From Eubacteriales bacterium (lineage in GTDB: Bacteria > Bacillota > Clostridia > Oscillospirales > JAAYXM01): a stretch of DNA of 64,000 nucleotides. Every line of letters begins with the position of its first letter. The stretch's first letter is position 1. This document shows positions 47,309 through 57,137 of this stretch, piece after piece. Below the pieces are notes generated by a model. It was not told the DNA's origin and searched no databases. It worked only from the letters and a program-made list of their open reading frames with translations. The stretch is from positions 3,667-67,666 of the forward strand of contig JAZTYJ010000022.1 of assembly GCA_045636865.1 (NCBI GenBank). Direction: 5' to 3'. Both the position numbers and the translations under genes were made by a program.

Positions 47309-48232
47309 TTATACGTTTAATCCTTCGGCTTCATCTGCCCCAAGAATGATATTCATATTCTGTATAGCCGCACCCGATGCGCCTTTTCCGAGATTGTCAA
47401 ATCTTGATACGAGAACGATTCGCTCATCGTTTCCAAAAGCTGAAACTTCCATATCGTCACGGCCTGAAAAAGCATTTGCAGAAACAAATCCCGCTTCGTC
47501 CGCATTCTCAGAAAATTTCACAAGACCGTTTTGGTAATAGCTTTTATAAATTTCCTTAATGCCTGCCAAATCGGTTTTCACATCATCGCCCGACAATGTA
47601 ATGATAACTTCCATACCGCTGTAATACGGCGCGACTATCGGGCAGAACATCGGCTTTTTACAAAGACCGCATTGTTTTGAAATTTCAGGCAGATGCTTAT
47701 GCTCCTGTGAAAGACCGTACATCCTCGGAGCGTCAAGAAGAATGTCTCTTTCTTTATCTTCATATTCCGCTATCATCTTTTTGCCGCCGCCTGAATATCC
47801 CGTAAGCGATGTGCATGAAAGCGAAATATCATTTGAAATGACTTTGTTTTCAACGAGCGGAGCTATGAGCGCGATTGCGCCGCTTGCATGGCATCCGGGG
47901 TTTGCGATTCTCTTTGATGAAAGTATCGCATCACGTCGTCCTGAAAGCTCCGGAAAGCCGTATGCCCAGCCGTCTGCCGTTCTGTGTGCTGTTGAAGTGT
48001 CGATTACGGCTGTGTTATCATTCGCAATAAGAGAAACAGACTCTCTTGCCGCCGCATCCGGCAAACAAAGAAAAACAACGTCTGCGGCATTGAGCATTGC
48101 GCGTCTTGCCTCAACGTCTTTTCGTCTCTCATCAGAAAGCAGAAGAAGCTCTATATCTCGTCTTTCTGAAAGTCTTTCATATATGCGAAGCCCGGTCGTA
48201 CCTGCGCTTCCGTCTATAAAAACCTTTGTCAT
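47309..48232 (-). CDS. argC: N-acetyl-gamma-glutamyl-phosphate reductase (short, type 2 form)
   Basis: IDGSAGTTG, the active-site region NPGCHASG, and DNLGKGASGAAIQNMN. Confidence 0.9.
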   Translation of the reverse strand: MTKVFIDGSAGTTGLRIYERLSERRDIELLLLSDERRKDVEARRAMLNAADVVFLCLPDAAARESVSLIANDNTAVIDTSTAHRTADGWAYGFPELSGRRDAILSSKRIANPGCHASGAIALIAPLVENKVISNDISLSCTSLTGYSGGGKKMIAEYEDKERDILLDAPRMYGLSQEHKHLPEISKQCGLCKKPMFCPIVAPYYSGMEVIITLSGDDVKTDLAGIKEIYKSYYQNGLVKFSENADEAGFVSANAFSGRDDMEVSAFGNDERIVLVSRFDNLGKGASGAAIQNMNIILGADEAEGLNV

Positions 48233-48270
48233 TTTTATCCCTCGTTTTGGTTTTTTATCAATTCTGAATT

Positions 48271-48300
48271 ATTATACACTATACCGATATGTGTTGTCAA
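48271..48300 (-). promoter_or_regulatory. sigma-A type promoter of argCJBDF
   Basis: On the minus strand: TTGACA (48300-48295), an 18-nt spacer, then TATAAT (48276-48271). Confidence 0.6.
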
Positions 48301-48330
48301 GCTCTTTTCTTGATTTTTATCTGTTTATTT

Positions 48331-48363
48331 TGAATAATATTCATAATTTTTGAATATTATTCG
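48331..48363. promoter_or_regulatory. two tandem ARG-box-like palindromes (candidate ArgR/AhrC operator)
   Basis: TGAATAATATTCA (48331-48343) and TGAATATTATTCG (48351-48363), with starts 20 bp apart, upstream of the arg promoter -35 box. Confidence 0.4.
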
Positions 48364-48367
48364 TTTT

Positions 48368-48877
48368 TTATTCATTCACCTTTTTTAAATCAAGCCTTAT
48401 CATTGCGATTATGATTGATATCATATTTATAATCTCTGTTATCACACCACCGCAGGATTTGTTGATTATGTTATACACAAGCCAGAGTGGCGATGACGGA
48501 AACGCCGACATTCTGACGTATTTCGGAGTCTTTATCCAGAAGGCTATCGTTGTGCATATCATACCGAGAATCGGGAGAATTGAAACTATTCCGTCCCATG
48601 TAAATATTCCGGCGATGATTGAAAGCGCACAGAAGACAACAAACCATATGAAGTTATCTGCCCACTTCTTGCCTTTGTTTACAAAAACACATGCGCGAAC
48701 AGCAGCAATTCCGTTTAAAACCGCGCCCGTATATGCTCCGAGCAGACAAAAATGTATTGCAAACAACACATTTGACGTAAGTTGAAGCGCGACTATTCCC
48801 TTGTGCGTTCTTCTCTGGAATGAGATTACCGAACACGCAAACGCAACAAAGCCCAATATCTGTGCGATTATTTGCAT
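48368..48877 (-). CDS. YgjV-family inner membrane protein
   Basis: 169 aa with five or six TM helices and the N-terminus ILGFVAFACSVISFQ. Confidence 0.7.
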   Translation of the reverse strand: MQIIAQILGFVAFACSVISFQRRTHKGIVALQLTSNVLFAIHFCLLGAYTGAVLNGIAAVRACVFVNKGKKWADNFIWFVVFCALSIIAGIFTWDGIVSILPILGMICTTIAFWIKTPKYVRMSAFPSSPLWLVYNIINKSCGGVITEIINMISIIIAMIRLDLKKVNE

Positions 48878-48979
48878 ATAACCCTGAAACTCCTCTTGAT
48901 TTTTTTATGGTTGCTATTTATAATATAACTAATATATAATACTACTTGTATTAAAATTTTTCAAGGAGAAATATTTTTT

Positions 48980-50302
48980 ATGGACAATAATTTATCAAAA
49001 GGCAAAAAAATTGCCCTTCTTCCCATCGGTGTGTTTCTGATTCTCTATCTCGGACTCGGCATTCTTTTTGAGTACATACTCAAAATTCCGATGGGCTTTT
49101 ATAAAGTACCTATAGTTTTTGCATTCCTTGCAGCACTTGCAGTTGCTTGCATTCAGAACAAAGCTCTCTCCCTCGACAAAAAGCTTGAAATTATGGGACA
49201 CGGTGTAGGCGACAAGAACATCATCACAATGATCCTCATCTTCCTCATCGCAGGAATGTTTGTCGGTGTTGTCGGTCGTTCAAGTGCAGACAGCGTTGCA
49301 TATTTTCTTCTCTCAATAATTCCACCGAAGTTCGCAGTTATCGTTCTCTTTGTCGTAAGCTGCTTTGTTTCTCTTGCGATGGGAACATCAGTCGGAACAA
49401 TTACACTCATCGTTCCGATCGCGGTTTCAGTATCAGTCGCTTCGGGATTCTCCCTTCCTCTTTGCGTTGCTTCCGTCGTGGGTGGCGCAATGTTCGGAGA
49501 CAATCTTTCGTTTATTTCCGATACGACAATTGCAGCATGTAACGGACAAGGCTGTCAGATGAAGGACAAGTTCAAAGAAAACATCCTCATCGCGCTTCCT
49601 GCCGCGATCATTTCCGTTATCGTCATATATTTTCTTTCTTCAAAGACACAGATTTCAGGGGCGATTTCTCACGAGTATGATCTTATTAAAATCATTCCGT
49701 ATATCCTCGTTTTGCTCGGCGGAATTTTCGGTATAAACGTTTTCCTTGTTCTCATTATCGGTATCGTTTCAGGTTCAATCATAATGCTTGCAACAGGCAA
49801 CGCAACCTTCATTGACCTTCTTGTCAATATGGGTTCCGGCGCATCGGGAATGTTTGAAACAACGATCGTTGCAATTTTAGTTTCCGCTATCTGCGCTCTT
49901 ATCCGCGAACACGGCGGTTTTGATGCCCTTCTCTCAATGATAACACGCGTCTTCCGGGGAAAGCGTGGCGGTCAGCTCGGAATCGGCCTTCTCGTCGGCG
50001 CGATGGACATAGCTACAGCAAACAACACGGTTGCAATCGTTATGGCAAATCCGATCGCAAGCGAAATTGCGAAAAATTACGGTATTTCACCAAAGAAAAC
50101 AGCTTCAATTCTCGACTCTTTCTCATGCATATTCCAGGGAATAATCCCATACGGCGCACAGATACTCGTTGCTATCTCTGCCGCAAGCGAGCTCGGAAGC
50201 CCTGTTTCTGCATTTGAGATAATCCCGCTTCTTTTCTATCCGTTCCTTTTCCTCGTAAGCTATCTCATTTCAATATTCGTGATTCCTTCAAAGGATGCAT
50301 AA
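48980..50302 (+). CDS. NhaC-family Na+/H+ antiporter
   Basis: 440-aa polytopic membrane protein. The family call is by overall similarity as I recall it. Confidence 0.75.
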   Translation: MDNNLSKGKKIALLPIGVFLILYLGLGILFEYILKIPMGFYKVPIVFAFLAALAVACIQNKALSLDKKLEIMGHGVGDKNIITMILIFLIAGMFVGVVGRSSADSVAYFLLSIIPPKFAVIVLFVVSCFVSLAMGTSVGTITLIVPIAVSVSVASGFSLPLCVASVVGGAMFGDNLSFISDTTIAACNGQGCQMKDKFKENILIALPAAIISVIVIYFLSSKTQISGAISHEYDLIKIIPYILVLLGGIFGINVFLVLIIGIVSGSIIMLATGNATFIDLLVNMGSGASGMFETTIVAILVSAICALIREHGGFDALLSMITRVFRGKRGGQLGIGLLVGAMDIATANNTVAIVMANPIASEIAKNYGISPKKTASILDSFSCIFQGIIPYGAQILVAISAASELGSPVSAFEIIPLLFYPFLFLVSYLISIFVIPSKDA

Positions 50303-50303
50303 C

Positions 50304-50338
50304 AAAAACTCCGTCAACTCAAATTGACGGAGTTTTTT
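50304..50338. terminator. bidirectional rho-independent terminator between convergent genes
   Basis: actccgtcaa-N6-ttgacggagt flanked by an A-run and a T-run. Confidence 0.8.
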
Positions 50339-50783
50339 ATTTCACTAAATGTAATTTTCTCAAAATTGCCCTGCCGTAAGCTTTAACTTTCAGTCGAAGC
50401 CATACAAACGGATGAACAAAAACTATGAAAGCTGAATACATCCTATAAGACAAATCTTTAACCGTGTAAAACTTTTCGCCTCTGTAAAAAGAATCAAGAA
50501 CGCAGATTACGTCTTTGTCGGAAATACCGTATTCCTTCTGCACACAGTTATCGCCGCGGATGATGTACGAATCCGGGAGGACCTTTATCACGCGATGAAG
50601 AACATATTCATCTCCTCTGCGGTAGAGCGGAACATCGTATTTCTTAAGACGACCATTCGGAGGAAGCAGAATGACCGTATCCCTTTTCTCCTTGAAAAGA
50701 GGGCGCATACTGATTCCGCGAGTTATTGTAACGTACTTTCCGTCTTCCGCAACAGCTTGCTCTACGGTTTTCTTTTCGTTCAT
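50337..50783 (-). CDS. S24/S26-family serine peptidase (signal-peptidase/LexA fold)
   Basis: GISMRP holds the nucleophile Ser, HRVIK the general-base Lys, and RGDN is also present. The start overlaps the PqqD stop by 1 nt (TAATG). Confidence 0.75.
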   Translation of the reverse strand: MNEKKTVEQAVAEDGKYVTITRGISMRPLFKEKRDTVILLPPNGRLKKYDVPLYRRGDEYVLHRVIKVLPDSYIIRGDNCVQKEYGISDKDVICVLDSFYRGEKFYTVKDLSYRMYSAFIVFVHPFVWLRLKVKAYGRAILRKLHLVK

Positions 50784-51052
50784 TATTCCATGATTCCTGC
50801 AGTAAGCATCTGCTCAAGAAGCTTTTCAACGTCTGCAGCTACTGTTTCGGAATCAACTTCATAATCTGTGCTGATCTTTGCAATAACGTCTTCTTTTGAC
50901 ATTCCTGCGTCTATATTTTCCAAAATCGTAGCCGCTGTTTCGTTGAGCTTAACCATACCCTGAAAGTTCTTTGCAGCTTCGCCTGTTGCAATTACAACTG
51001 CATCGCCAAGCACACGGCGCAATACAAAACCGTTCTTGAATTTCATTATCAT
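50783..51052 (-). CDS. PqqD-family protein (RiPP recognition element-like)
   Basis: 89 aa. LNETAATILENIDAGMSKEDVIAKISTDYEVDSETVAADVEKLLEQMLTAGI matches the PqqD/RRE pattern. Confidence 0.75.
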   Translation of the reverse strand: MIMKFKNGFVLRRVLGDAVVIATGEAAKNFQGMVKLNETAATILENIDAGMSKEDVIAKISTDYEVDSETVAADVEKLLEQMLTAGIME

Positions 51053-51080
51053 ATCTCTCCTATTTTCTGATTACCCACTC

Positions 51081-51110
51081 ATTATATAATAACTTACATG
51101 CTTTTGGCAA
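51081..51110 (-). promoter_or_regulatory. candidate sigma-A promoter of the PqqD-S24 bicistron
   Basis: On the minus strand: TTGCCA, an 18-nt spacer, then TATAAT. The AGGAGAG RBS and ATG at 51052 follow. Confidence 0.45.
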
Positions 51111-51112
51111 GA

Positions 51113-51637
51113 CTATTTTTCGTTTTTTGTTGTTTTTTCGGAAAGTGCGTGCATAAATCCGCCCATTTTGGGTGATGAGATGTCACCTCCGATAAGCTTT
51201 CCTTTATACGCAATGATGTTTGCAACTATCCCTTCTTCACCTGACGGATGGTTGTTCACCTTATATGTATATCTCATAACGCGGCGTCCTGAATACTTTG
51301 ACAAATCCATACCTTGTCGTTTCTGAATTTCGTTGTATTCGCCATAAACACCGTCAAACTCTCTCGGGATTTTTACTTCAATGAATTCAACAGGCTCTTC
51401 ATCAACCTCCCATCCGCACTCTCGGAGTATTGCCACTCTGTCTTCGTTTTCAACTGCCGTGCGACCTTCTGCGAGCATCGGTGCTTCGTCGGAAACCGAG
51501 ACCACGACATCCTCTCTCGCGTTACCGATTACCGCTACCACCGAGCAAATTGCTATTGAAAGCGCAAGGAGTCCCGAAATAAATTTTCTTCTTGTGAGCT
51601 TTGTTGTGAATACTACCATTTTTACCTTTCCTTTCAA
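51113..51637 (-). CDS. DUF4830-domain protein (N-terminal membrane anchor)
   Basis: NEDRVAILRECGWEVDEEPVEFIEVKIPREFDGVYGEYNEIQKRQGMDLSKY matches the DUF4830 pattern as I recall it. Confidence 0.65.
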   Translation of the reverse strand: MKGKVKMVVFTTKLTRRKFISGLLALSIAICSVVAVIGNAREDVVVSVSDEAPMLAEGRTAVENEDRVAILRECGWEVDEEPVEFIEVKIPREFDGVYGEYNEIQKRQGMDLSKYSGRRVMRYTYKVNNHPSGEEGIVANIIAYKGKLIGGDISSPKMGGFMHALSEKTTKNEK

Positions 51638-51703
51638 AAGTTTATATTAGATATTTATTTGCAAAAATTCATAAATATGACACACTTTAAAAGCTTTGTT
51701 TCA

Positions 51704-51732
51704 TTGACCTTTCCTCAATTTTGTGGTATGAT
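51704..51732 (+). promoter_or_regulatory. sigma-A promoter with an extended -10 box
   Basis: TTGACC, a 17-nt spacer ending in TGG, then TATGAT. Confidence 0.55.
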
Positions 51733-51767
51733 AGAATATCAAATGTAAATTAAAGGAATATGAGAAT

Positions 51768-52631
51768 ATGTGGATTGCAAAAAACTTTGACGATTACAGC
51801 GTAATAGACTGCGGAAGCGGCGAAAAACTTGAGCGTTGGGGCGACTATTATCTCGTTCGCCCAGAACCTCAAGCTATCTGGATTTCTCCGAGAAAGCATC
51901 CGCGCTGGCAGAAGTATGACGCGCTTTATTCGCGTTCTTCCACCGGCGGCGGAAGCTGGAATAACAGAAATCTCCCCGCATCCTGGCAGATTAAGTATGA
52001 CAACCTCACATTCAACTTAAAGCCTATGAACTTCAAGCACACAGGCATTTTCCCCGAACAGGCGTCAAACTGGGACTTTATCCGCGAAAAGATTTCTTCT
52101 GCAAACCGTCCGATAAACGTTCTCAACCTCTTCGCATATACGGGTGCTGCAACAATTGCGGCGGCATCTGCAGGCGCATCTGTCTGCCACGTTGATGCGG
52201 CACGCGGTATGGTTGCCTGGGCCCGTGAGAACGCGGCATCCTCCGGTCTTTCGGATGCTCCCATCCGCTGGATAGTTGATGACTGTGCGAAATTTGTTGA
52301 GCGAGAAATAAGACGAGGCAGAAAGTATGACGCCATTATTATGGATCCCCCGTCTTACGGAAGAGGTCCCACTGGCGAAATATGGAAGCTCGAAAACAAC
52401 CTTTTTGACTTTGTTAAGCTTTGTGAGGGCGTGCTTTCAGATAATCCTCTGTTTGTCCTTATAAGTTCTTATACAACCGGTCTTGCCCCGTCTGTTCTCA
52501 GGTATATTTCCGATATGATTTTCACAAGCAAGTACGGCGGAAAAAGTGAGTGCGACGAGCTCGGACTCCGCGTTGAAGAGACAGGTCTTTTCCTCCCCGC
52601 AGGCAGCGCGATGCGCTGGTCATCTTTCTGA
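51768..52631 (+). CDS. class I SAM-dependent methyltransferase (RlmI/RlmK-like rRNA methyltransferase fold)
   Basis: VLNLFAYTGAATIAAA is the SAM-binding motif I, and IIMDPPSYG is also present. Confidence 0.8.
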   Translation: MWIAKNFDDYSVIDCGSGEKLERWGDYYLVRPEPQAIWISPRKHPRWQKYDALYSRSSTGGGSWNNRNLPASWQIKYDNLTFNLKPMNFKHTGIFPEQASNWDFIREKISSANRPINVLNLFAYTGAATIAAASAGASVCHVDAARGMVAWARENAASSGLSDAPIRWIVDDCAKFVEREIRRGRKYDAIIMDPPSYGRGPTGEIWKLENNLFDFVKLCEGVLSDNPLFVLISSYTTGLAPSVLRYISDMIFTSKYGGKSECDELGLRVEETGLFLPAGSAMRWSSF

Positions 52632-52658
52632 TTTTCATAAAACGTTACGGAGTTTAAA

Positions 52659-53501
52659 ATGAACGATATTATAAAATCAAAAAATCTCACCTTCAGATAT
52701 AACCTTGACTCGGAAACACCGAAAACAGCTCTGTCTGAAGTGAGCATATCCGTAAAAGAAGGCGAATATCTCGTCATTCTCGGTCGCAACGGTTCGGGAA
52801 AATCCTCCCTTGCCAAGCACTTCAATGCTGTTCTTCTTCCCTGTGGCGGAAAGGTGTATGTTGACGGAATGGACACCGCAAACGAAGAGCTTCTTCTGGA
52901 AATCCGCCGCACCTGCGGTATGGTATTTCAGAATCCCGACAACCAGATTGTTGCAACCATAACCGAAGAAGATGTTGCATTCGGGCCGGAAAACCTCGGT
53001 CTGCCGCGAGAAGAGATACGTGCGCGCGTTGATGATGCACTTAAAACCGTTGGCATGTATGACTACCGCGAACACGCGCCCCACCTTCTTTCAGGCGGGC
53101 AGAAGCAACGCATCGCTATAGCAGGTGTTATCGCCATGCGCCCTCGTTGCATTATACTTGACGAACCGACATCAATGCTCGACCCCGTCGGACGCCGCGA
53201 CGTTCTTGCAATTCTTGAAGAACTGAACAAGAAACACTGTATTACAATTATTCTCATAACCCATCATATGAATGAAGCCGTTCCGGCTGACCGGATAATA
53301 ATCATGGATGCCGGACAAATCGTTATGGAAGGCTCTCCGCGAGAAATCTTCCCTGACATCGAAAAGCTTCACAGTCTTGGACTTACAGTCCCCCAGACGG
53401 TTGAACTTATATCAAAGCTCAACGAAAACGGTTTTGACATACCGCTTGAAAATATCACTCTCGATGAGTGTGTTGATGCAATTGTTAACGCGATTTCCTG
53501 A
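52659..53501 (+). CDS. ecfA1: energy-coupling factor transporter ATPase EcfA1
   Basis: Walker A is GRNGSGKSS, the ABC signature is LSGGQKQR, and Walker B is [10 protein letters not shown]. Confidence 0.92.
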   Translation: MNDIIKSKNLTFRYNLDSETPKTALSEVSISVKEGEYLVILGRNGSGKSSLAKHFNAVLLPCGGKVYVDGMDTANEELLLEIRRTCGMVFQNPDNQIVATITEEDVAFGPENLGLPREEIRARVDDALKTVGMYDYREHAPHLLSGGQKQRIAIAGVIAMRPRCIILDEPTSMLDPVGRRDVLAILEELNKKHCITIILITHHMNEAVPADRIIIMDAGQIVMEGSPREIFPDIEKLHSLGLTVPQTVELISKLNENGFDIPLENITLDECVDAIVNAIS

Positions 53502-53519
53502 TTTTTGGAGGTTATTCTA

Positions 53520-54386
53520 TTGAATCCTGTAATGAGCATACGCGGACTTTCTCACATCTACAGTCCGAAGACACCGTTTGAGTGTTCCGCAATAAACAAC
53601 ATAGACCTCGACATCTACGCCGGTGAAACACTCGGCGTTATCGGTCATACAGGTTCAGGTAAATCCACCCTCATTTCTCACCTTAACGGCCTGATTAAAC
53701 CGTCAGACGGCAAGGTGCTCTATCACGGTGAAGACATCTTCAAATCCGCAGAGTTCACACACAAAATCCGTTTCAGAGTAGGGCTTGTACTGCAGTATCC
53801 CGAATATCAGCTTTTCGAAGAAACTGTATACAAGGACATCGCTTTCGGTCCGCGCAATATGGGACTTTCGCAGGCAGAAATTGACGAGCGAGTCTTTGAG
53901 GCGGCAAGGTTTGTCGGAATTGATGAGTCAAACCTTTCGCTTTCTCCTTTTGAACTCTCAGGCGGGCAGAAGCGACGAGTTGCGATAGCAGGAGTTATTG
54001 CCATGCGCCCGCGAGTTCTAATTCTTGATGAGCCGACCGCAGGTCTTGACCCCGTTGCGAGAGAGGATCTTCTTTCACACATCAGAACGTATCGTGATGA
54101 GAAGGATGCCGCTATTGTTATTGTTTCCCACAGTATGGAAGACATCGCCTCTGTTGCAGACAGACTCATCGTTATGAATGGTGGCAGCATTATGCTCTCC
54201 GGCACTCCCGACGAGGTTTTTTCGCACTCTGATGAGCTTCTCGCCGCAGGTCTTGACATTCCTCAGATTTCTCATATTGCAAACGCTCTTAAAAAGCGCG
54301 GCATCGCACTTTCTGAGTCAATTTATACCGTCGACCGCGCACTCGACGCCATTCTTTCATTAAAGGAGGCGGATGTAAATGATTAA
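53520..54386 (+). CDS. ecfA2: energy-coupling factor transporter ATPase EcfA2
   Basis: GHTGSGKST, LSGGQKRR and ILDEPTAGLD. The likely start is a TTG at 53520, 8 nt after GGAGG. Confidence 0.9.
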   Translation: MNPVMSIRGLSHIYSPKTPFECSAINNIDLDIYAGETLGVIGHTGSGKSTLISHLNGLIKPSDGKVLYHGEDIFKSAEFTHKIRFRVGLVLQYPEYQLFEETVYKDIAFGPRNMGLSQAEIDERVFEAARFVGIDESNLSLSPFELSGGQKRRVAIAGVIAMRPRVLILDEPTAGLDPVAREDLLSHIRTYRDEKDAAIVIVSHSMEDIASVADRLIVMNGGSIMLSGTPDEVFSHSDELLAAGLDIPQISHIANALKKRGIALSESIYTVDRALDAILSLKEADVND

Positions 54387-55203
54387 AGATGTTGCGCTTG
54401 GTCAGTATTTTCCCGGAAACAGTTTAGTTCACAAGCTTGACCCGAGAGTTAAGCTTCTCCTCACAATTTTATACATTGTTACGCTGTTTCTTTGCAACGG
54501 TGTTTTTCCGTATCTCGTTATGGCCGCATTTCTTATAACCGTAATCGTCATAACAAGAATAAACCTTGGGCTCATCTTCAAGAGCCTAAAGCCAATTCTC
54601 ATACTCCTGGCATTCACGGCGATACTCAATGTTTTCTACACTACCGAAGGAAAAGTTCTTATAAACTTCGGCTCTGTCGTTGTTACAATGGGCGGAATTT
54701 ACACCGCAGTCTTTATGGCTGTTAGAATTATGCTTCTGGTTGCAGGAACTTTTGTTATGCTTTCATACACGACGTCTCCCATTATGCTGACTGACGGACT
54801 TGAGAGTCTTATGGCACCGCTCAAAAAAGTCAGATTCCCCGTTCACGAGCTTTCTATGATGATGTCGATTGCTCTTCGTTTTATTCCTACACTCATAGAA
54901 GAAACCGACAAGATTATGTCTGCCCAGAAATCGCGTGGCGCTAGCTTTGAAACCGGTGGAATAATAAAGCGCGCACGTGCACTCATCCCCGTCCTTATCC
55001 CCCTTTTCATAAACGCTTTCAGACGCGCAGAAGATCTTGCACTTGCGATGGAGTGCCGTTGTTATCACGGCGGTGAAGGAAGAACAAGCCTTCACAAATT
55101 AAAGCTTTCTGCACGGGATTATGTCACCACGGCAGTAACACTTCTGATTTTCGCATTTGCTGTTTTTCTCTCACATACGCTCAAAGCAGGTGTTCTGATA
55201 TGA
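54379..55203 (+). CDS. ecfT: energy-coupling factor transporter transmembrane protein EcfT
   Basis: Its position after ecfA1 and ecfA2, plus the conserved ARG motifs (ALRFIP, AQKSRG). Confidence 0.9.
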   Translation: MIKDVALGQYFPGNSLVHKLDPRVKLLLTILYIVTLFLCNGVFPYLVMAAFLITVIVITRINLGLIFKSLKPILILLAFTAILNVFYTTEGKVLINFGSVVVTMGGIYTAVFMAVRIMLLVAGTFVMLSYTTSPIMLTDGLESLMAPLKKVRFPVHELSMMMSIALRFIPTLIEETDKIMSAQKSRGASFETGGIIKRARALIPVLIPLFINAFRRAEDLALAMECRCYHGGEGRTSLHKLKLSARDYVTTAVTLLIFAFAVFLSHTLKAGVLI

Positions 55204-55961
55204 TAAGAAATATTGCTCTTCTTCTCTCGTATGACGGCGCAGATTATCACGGTTGGCAGAGTCAGTTGAACTCTAAAACCGTTCAGGATACCTTAAACGA
55301 TGCCGCATCACAAGTCTTCGGTGAAAAAATTTCTGTTACAGGCTGCGGAAGAACCGACACAGGTGTATCTGCAAAATGCTATTTTGCATCATTTCGCACA
55401 TCCTGCGAAATCCCGCTTGACAAGATTCCTTTTGCGATCAACTCACGTCTTCCTCGGGATATTTCGGTAAGACGCGCATTTTCCGTTTCGGATGATTTTC
55501 ATCCGGTTCATTCCTGCATTGAAAAGGAATATACTTACTATATCTACACCTCCCCCGTTCACGATCCTTTTCTTGAAGGTCGCGCACTTCACAGCAGATA
55601 CGAGCTTGATACAGATCGTATGAAGGCAGCTGCAAAGCACTTTGTCGGCACGCACGATTTTTCTGCCGTGAGAAGTCTCGGCACGCCTGTAAACTCAACC
55701 GTGCGCACGATCTTTGCATGTGAAGTATCAAAGAACGAAAATCTCATAGCTATCCGCATATCTGCAAACGGATTTCTTTATAATATGGCGCGTGCAATCG
55801 CAGGAACGCTTCTCGACGTTTCGTCTGGCAAGATTTCACCCGACAAAATCCCCGATATACTTCTCTCAAAGGACCGCTCACATGCAGGGGCAACCGCACC
55901 CGCTTGCGGACTTTTTATGACAAACGTTATTTATCCTGATAAATTCGGACTATCTGATTAA
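55200..55961 (+). CDS. truA: tRNA pseudouridine(38-40) synthase TruA
   Basis: YDGADYHGWQSQ and the catalytic-Asp motif GCGRTDTGVSA. This is the usual ecf-truA synteny. Confidence 0.92.
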   Translation: MIRNIALLLSYDGADYHGWQSQLNSKTVQDTLNDAASQVFGEKISVTGCGRTDTGVSAKCYFASFRTSCEIPLDKIPFAINSRLPRDISVRRAFSVSDDFHPVHSCIEKEYTYYIYTSPVHDPFLEGRALHSRYELDTDRMKAAAKHFVGTHDFSAVRSLGTPVNSTVRTIFACEVSKNENLIAIRISANGFLYNMARAIAGTLLDVSSGKISPDKIPDILLSKDRSHAGATAPACGLFMTNVIYPDKFGLSD

Positions 55962-55983
55962 TTTCTCAAAGGAGGATACCCAT

Positions 55984-57126
55984 ATGGCACGAAAGAACAC
56001 AAACAAAAAACAGCTTTCAGGGCGCTTTGCCATATTCATAACTGCACTTCTCCTTATCTGTACATTCATTTTCTTCAACAATCAACTCAGTTCAGGCTCG
56101 ATAAAACGCTTTGCTTACTGGGTTTTCAATGGAGCACGCGGCGACGCAAAAGAAGTTTCGATAACTTTTGACGCAAAGGAATTCAACCGCTTTTCGCTTA
56201 TATCCAAAAATCTTCTTGTTGTTTCTCCGGACGAAATTTCAACATACCTTCTCTCCGGCAAGACCGCACTCAATACCCCTGTCATCCTCCGAAATCCTGC
56301 TGTTTCCATCGCAGGAAACAGATTTATGGCATACGATCTCGGCGGTCTCAATTTTTACATCGGAAACAGCAAAAAACTTCTCTTCACCGGTACAACGGAA
56401 TCAAAACTTGTCAATGCAAATATGAATAAAACAGGCTATTTTTCAATAATTACCGACGATGAGGATTCAAAATCTCTCGTCACGGTTTATAATCCTTCCT
56501 TCGAACCGTTTTATAAGTTTCATTCTGCAGAAAAGTATGTTTTTGATGCTGCGGTTTCTCCAAGCGGCAAATCTGCAGCTGTCGTAACATACGGCACAAA
56601 CGAAGGTCAGTTTGAAAGCTCACTCGCGCTCTGCCGCACAAACGAAGACGGATTCTATACCACCGTTTCTCTCGGTGATTCTATGCCGCTTCGCGTTTCC
56701 TACCATTCAGAAAAGAAGCTTTTTTTGGTTTGTAATGACCGCACTATTCTTTTTGCAAATGACGGTTCTACAATTTCGGAACTTTCATACAACGCACTTC
56801 CGATCAAATCATTCTCCCAGTCTTTCGGAAACCACGTTGCAATCGCACTCGACAACTATGCAAACGGCGGAAACACACGACTTTACTTTATTAAAGCCAA
56901 CGGCAACGTTTCCGAATGCCTTGATTTTGACGAGGATATCTACTCAATTTCAAGTGCCGGTGATTTTACGGCAGTTCAGTTTTCCGACAAGTGTGCGGTT
57001 TACAAAAACGACCTCACGCTTCATTCGGAATTTGCAATTTCTGCAGATGTGTCGCGTTGTCTTGTAAATTCTGACGGCTCTGTCATATGTGTTGCAGATA
57101 ACTTTGCAACTCTTTATGTTAAATAG
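55984..57126 (+). CDS. membrane-anchored protein of unknown function (possibly DUF5711-like repeat/propeller protein)
   Basis: An N-terminal TM anchor followed by a beta-rich repetitive sequence. The family call is tentative. Confidence 0.45.
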   Translation: MARKNTNKKQLSGRFAIFITALLLICTFIFFNNQLSSGSIKRFAYWVFNGARGDAKEVSITFDAKEFNRFSLISKNLLVVSPDEISTYLLSGKTALNTPVILRNPAVSIAGNRFMAYDLGGLNFYIGNSKKLLFTGTTESKLVNANMNKTGYFSIITDDEDSKSLVTVYNPSFEPFYKFHSAEKYVFDAAVSPSGKSAAVVTYGTNEGQFESSLALCRTNEDGFYTTVSLGDSMPLRVSYHSEKKLFLVCNDRTILFANDGSTISELSYNALPIKSFSQSFGNHVAIALDNYANGGNTRLYFIKANGNVSECLDFDEDIYSISSAGDFTAVQFSDKCAVYKNDLTLHSEFAISADVSRCLVNSDGSVICVADNFATLYVK

Positions 57127-57137
57127 GAGGCTCTTTT

